From Chrysomallon squamiferum (Eukaryota; Animalia; Mollusca), in NCBI GenBank assembly GCA_012295275.1, contig CM022678.1, forward strand, positions 4,154,001 through 4,218,000: DNA of 64,000 nt. The letters run 5' to 3'. Positions 44,123-64,000 of the stretch are shown here, one piece after another. Position 1 is the first letter of the stretch. Every line of letters begins with the position of its first letter. Made by a program: the position numbers and the translations under genes. Under the pieces are notes generated by a model. It did not search any database. It saw only the letters and a list, made by a program, of their open reading frames with translations, and was not told the origin of the DNA.

Positions 44123-46494
44123 ACGCCTATTTATTACACTGGTACATTTCCTGAATTTAATTATCTCATTAACTTTTTCTTTTTTTCTGAATTTAATTAT
44201 TTAATAATTACGTATATTAAATATGTTCATTCATGGCTTATTCCTGAAAGCCTGTATTTCAATGTTCTGTATGTCAATCAGATATTCTGAAAATAAACAC
44301 TGATAATTTGAATGTCTGAAAACAGGCGTATGAAAAGTGCACATTCTCAGACTGTCCTCATATGATCACATACACTGATCATTTGACGATCAAATATTCC
44401 GAATGATATCACTGGATGATTAGATATTTTGAACGCGTCAAAATTATGATTACATATTGCGTTTTGATGATCCGAAATTCTGGTTAATTAGATCTATGTG
44501 TTCAAACGTACTCATAAAGCCACATGGTAGAAAGTCTATTTTACATATTATTTTACACATTCCTCACTATTAGGAAAAGAACACCTTCTTCAAACCCTTA
44601 CTCATTAATACTCCACACTCCACTGTTCATATAATAAGCTGAAATCTGATCCTCCATCTCATCCTCAGATTACACTGCAGGGTGAGCTGCAAACACATCT
44701 GAATCAGCCTCCTGTTCTAGAATTAACTGTTTGTCTGTCACAAGGTAAGAAATCTTTCCCAAACACAGTTGGTTCATTTACCGTTAACTAACACAAAAGT
44801 GCATTACATACATTTTATACTCATTTACGTACATAATACGCACCAACTTTCAGGCCATTGCTTTGAAATATTATATATCGTGTAAAGATAAAAATGTTAT
44901 TGTTAAAGTTCAAACAGAGGCTGACCTTGTTTCTCATATTAAAAATCAATATTACAGTAAAAGTCTTAGTGAATTGTTCTGTAACTATTCTGTTAAGTTT
45001 GAACAACCAAAAATTATGATTTCCGATTTTCTAAAATATCTCTTTCTAAATGAATTTCATCATCAAGATCTTTTCATTTTGATTAATTTGGTAGAAAAGC
45101 TATGTTTTTAACACAAGTAGAAGTTGAGTTAAGAATTTTCAAAGATTTCATTTTTCAGCATGTGATTGGTCTACACTCTATCGCAAGTCAATAAATCTGA
45201 GAAGGTTTTAAGCGGTTTATTTATTACTGATACCCGAAAAAGCGAAAAATGTACAGTCACGTGACTTCAGTTCTTCAACAGTTGTTGTGATTAAAAAATA
45301 GCCTTCTCTTTTATGATTGTTTATTCAGTAGTCTTTAACGTTTTTTTGTTTGATTTTTCTGAAGCAGTATCTGAACTGATGATGAACTGAGTATGATTAG
45401 CTAGTACCAGTGTGAAAAATTAAGATTGTTATGTTTGACACATAATTGATACACTAAATACTAGTAACAGTATCGTACGTCACTCGGTAGAAGTTTTCTT
45501 ATACAGTCTTATTCTTGATTCATAAACTTTATTCACACACTCAAATAGAATTTCAAAACTATTTTTTTCCAAAGTCACTTCCAAGATATTGCTAAAGCTA
45601 AATTAATTTCAGTTCTGTTTAGATTAAGATCACCAAACATTATTTGTAACTTTTGCAAATACTGTACTCTATGAGTCATTATCCATGACTTCTTACCAAA
45701 ATAAATTGCTACAAGGAGTAAAGGGTTCTCAACAAGTAATCTTTATTATTATAGAGGCTTTACTAGCACAAAGTTTACACCTGCAGGCTGAATAAAACTA
45801 TAGTTTGTTAAAAGAAAAAGGGTTGAACCAACACAAAATTATGATTTCAGATTTTCTAAAATATCCTTTCTAAATGAATTTCGTCATCGAGATCTTTTGA
45901 TTTTGATTAATTTGGCATAAAATCTATGTTTGTGACGCAAGTAGAAATGGAGTTAAGAATTTTGAAACATTTCATTTTTCAGTATGTGACTGGTCTAGAC
46001 TGTAGTGCAAGAGAATCTATTAAAAAAATTATATTCACAAATTAGTGTAAATATATTTGTGTGGAGACAATCTCACTTCAGAATTGAAAACAAAAACTGA
46101 AATTTATTGAAAATGATGTCTGTTGCCAAATGGCACAAGAATATTAATAATCTTTTAAAAGAAAATAATAACTGATGATTGACATTTTCGCATTTTGTTT
46201 TCACTGAAATCAATGTTTAAAACATCTACAGTTACGTTCAGGAGTGAACCTTGTATTTCCCCAACTGACAGAAAAAAAAATGTAGGCTCTGTCAAACAGT
46301 CTAATCTACGTACAGTTAAAAAACAATTCACTAAGAATTTAATAGTAACTCAACACAGAGTTGATCTTTAATATGACAAACAAAGATCACGCCTCTGTTA
46401 ACTTTAACAATATATATTTACACTATAATCAACGATATAGAATATTTCAAAGTAATGGCCTTTTATTACAGTTAGTTAGCTTCTGTATTTCAGG

Positions 46495-46528
<34 letters not shown>

Positions 46529-47299
46529 CGTAAATAAAATATGTAAGTAAATACATATATAAATGTTCAAATGATCAATCAGTTACAATCCAATAGACTT
46601 CCTTGTTTCATCTTTTGTTATGATGTCACCGTGGTACACTGCGACATCACGTGGCAAAACTATAAATTAATTTTAAAATAGAGCCTTTACAATACTGTTT
46701 TATATTATTTAATTTTTAACTAATTAATTAATTATTTATTTATTTATTTATTTATTCTTATTGTTATTGTTATTATTATTATTACTATTATTATTATTAT
46801 TATTATTATCATTATTATTATTTATTAGACAACAGTATCTCTGTTAACGATCTAAGCTACCTAGCCACTTCGTACTGTACTTCCCGGTTAGTTATTTGTA
46901 ACAAATCCACGCACTGTGACATTTCAACAATAATTGCGTGCTTTTAATACTGTAGAAAAGGTTTTCACAGTAATAGGCTTTATTATAACAAAATTGATTT
47001 CTGTATATGTATGTTTGTATGTATTTTAGGATGTGGATATTATCTGTCTTATGTATGTCTGATTAGACTGCACATAAACAACATTTACTAATTACCTTTT
47101 ATTTTCTAACACACTTATATTTACTGACTAATATACTTATATTTACTGACTAATATACTAATATTTGCTGACTTACGTACTTATATTTACTAACTAATGT
47201 ATTAAAGATAATTGACTAATGTACTTATGTTTACTGACTAAGGTATTATCGTATTAGTCAGTGAATATTAGTACATTGGTCAACAAATATAAGTATATT

Positions 47300-47560
47300 A
47301 ATCAACCAGAAGAAGAATTCTCACAAATCATAAATGAGAGATTTTTCCATTAAACAGAGGATAATATGCATCCGATCTGACCAGAATAATTTTGGTTGTG
47401 AAAGAGAATAATGTTAGGAAATGAAAATTAAAATACATTCTTTCGAGAGAAAAAAACTTCATTATTGTTTATTGGTTTCTTTATTTTTGTTTCTTTCCTT
47501 TTTTGTACTTACTTACTTATTTATTTATTTATTTACTTATTTAGTTTTCGTTCTTTATTT
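47300..47560 (+). pseudogene. Remnant of another paralog's RING-exon 3' end and 3' UTR
   Basis: agaagaattctcacaaatcataa...tgcatccgatctgaccagaat matches gene B's last codons (RRIPRNH*) and the B/C post-stop sequence (40905-40990). Confidence 0.6.
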
Positions 47561-47925
47561 ACTTCTTTACTGTAATTTTTACTGGGACACTAATACAGTT
47601 TTAAATTACAAAGGAGGTAAACACTTATTGTAATCAGGTCACAAGAAACCTGTTCTTCTAGACCGTCTGACAAATGAGATGAAACCGGTGAGCTATGACT
47701 CTTTGTCATACAACGAGGTATTTCAAAATGAAAGATTAATCTAAGGCAGCGAGGCAAATTTAATATCAATCCTATTGTTCGTATTAAACTATTGATCCAC
47801 ATAATATATATATGTAGTTTCAGGTTTTGAATATTCTCTCTCCTGTGTCCGTCTGATTACAAAATTTGGGAACGCTCTGGCGCAGTAAGACAAAATCCAA
47901 TCGCGATCTCACAAACCAAGTCAGA

Positions 47926-48007
47926 TGTCGCTGACGAGACTCGAACGTTAGGTACACATTCCCCCGCACTCCGAAGGCGGCTTATGTTACCGTTCGGCCA
48001 TCGAGAC
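47926..48007 (-). mobile_element. tRNA-derived SINE head or tRNA pseudogene
   Basis: Minus strand GTCTCGATGGCCGAACGGTAAC...GTTCGAGTCTCGTCAGCGACA with A box (TGGCCGAACGG) and B box (GTTCGAGTC); related fragments at ~55705-55760 and ~57630-57672. Confidence 0.55.
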
Positions 48008-48085
48008 AAACTTAACAAAGTTTGCTCAGTAACCGAGGGTAATTATTGCTTCCCACGCTAACTTATTTATTTAGTTATTATGTAT

Positions 48086-48120
<35 letters not shown>

Positions 48121-48804
48121 TATAGTTTTCCTTCTTTATTTACTTCTTTACTATAATTTTTATTGGAACACTAATACAATGTTAAATTGCTGAGAAGGTA
48201 ATTACTTATTGTAATCAGGTAACAGGAAACCTGTTCTGACAAATGAGACGAAACTGGTGAACTATGACTCTTTGTCATACAACGAGGTATTTCAAAATGA
48301 AAGATTAATCTAAGCCAGATGAATTTTATTTAGTAAACCTTACACTGCACAATAAACATGGTGAAAAACGTCGAACGATAAATCTAAATATTAATATTTG
48401 TTTATAATAAAATAGCTGTTAATAGCAATATTAATAATAATAATAATAAGAAGAAGAACAATAATAACAACAACAACAACAACAACAACAGCAACAACAA
48501 TAATAACAAAAAAGTAAGCCAATAAATAAATAAAGAGTTAGTTATTCAGGAGATTTGATTATTTTATTCTTCTTTTAATTTTTTATTTTCTCTCTGTTGA
48601 ACTGACACATTATTATTGCTCAACCAATCACGTAAAATACGTAAATGATCTGTTTAACTGTGGAGTCAAATAGTGTTCCTTGTATCAGGTTTTGTTGTTT
48701 TGTCTCCATGGTACAGTTTGACGTCATGTGAGAACATTATACATTACTCTGTATAACAGATAGTTTGTATCAGGATTTTATTTGTGTAGTGGTCGCTAAT
48801 AATT

Positions 48805-64000
<15,196 letters not shown>

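Noticed and set aside
47926-48007. Functional tRNA gene
   Set aside because: Acceptor and T stems pair poorly and diverged fragments occur elsewhere in the window; better explained as a SINE or pseudogene.

Overview
AT-rich, microsatellite-dense, intron-rich animal genomic DNA (probably an invertebrate such as a mollusc; taxon is inference only). Most ORF-track entries are microsatellite artefacts. Manual splicing (GT-AG sites, intron phases checked) gives four related genes. Gene A (+, 5' part outside the window, stop at 5507) encodes two-exon group-A SRCR domains ending in a hydrophobic, GPI-signal-like tail. Genes B (-, 24176-8820), C (+, 27212-40903) and D (+, 48805 to beyond the window end) encode type-I membrane proteins: signal peptide, 1-3 SRCR, 3-5 CUB, transmembrane helix and a cytoplasmic C3HC4 RING finger (in D only the start of the RING exon is inside the window). 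These look like an expanded family of receptor-type E3 ubiquitin ligases with DMBT1-like ectodomains. B and C are head-to-head arms of a ~37 kb imperfect inverted duplication. Relics (an internal signal-peptide exon in three states of decay, a remnant of gene A's terminal exon behind the RING exons of B and C, a ghost paralog) suggest that a CUB-TM-RING gene fused into copies of an SRCR/GPI gene. Decayed Tc1, Tigger/pogo, LINE, Gypsy-like and tRNA-derived elements and minisatellites are also present. All gene models are from manual reading with no transcript evidence.
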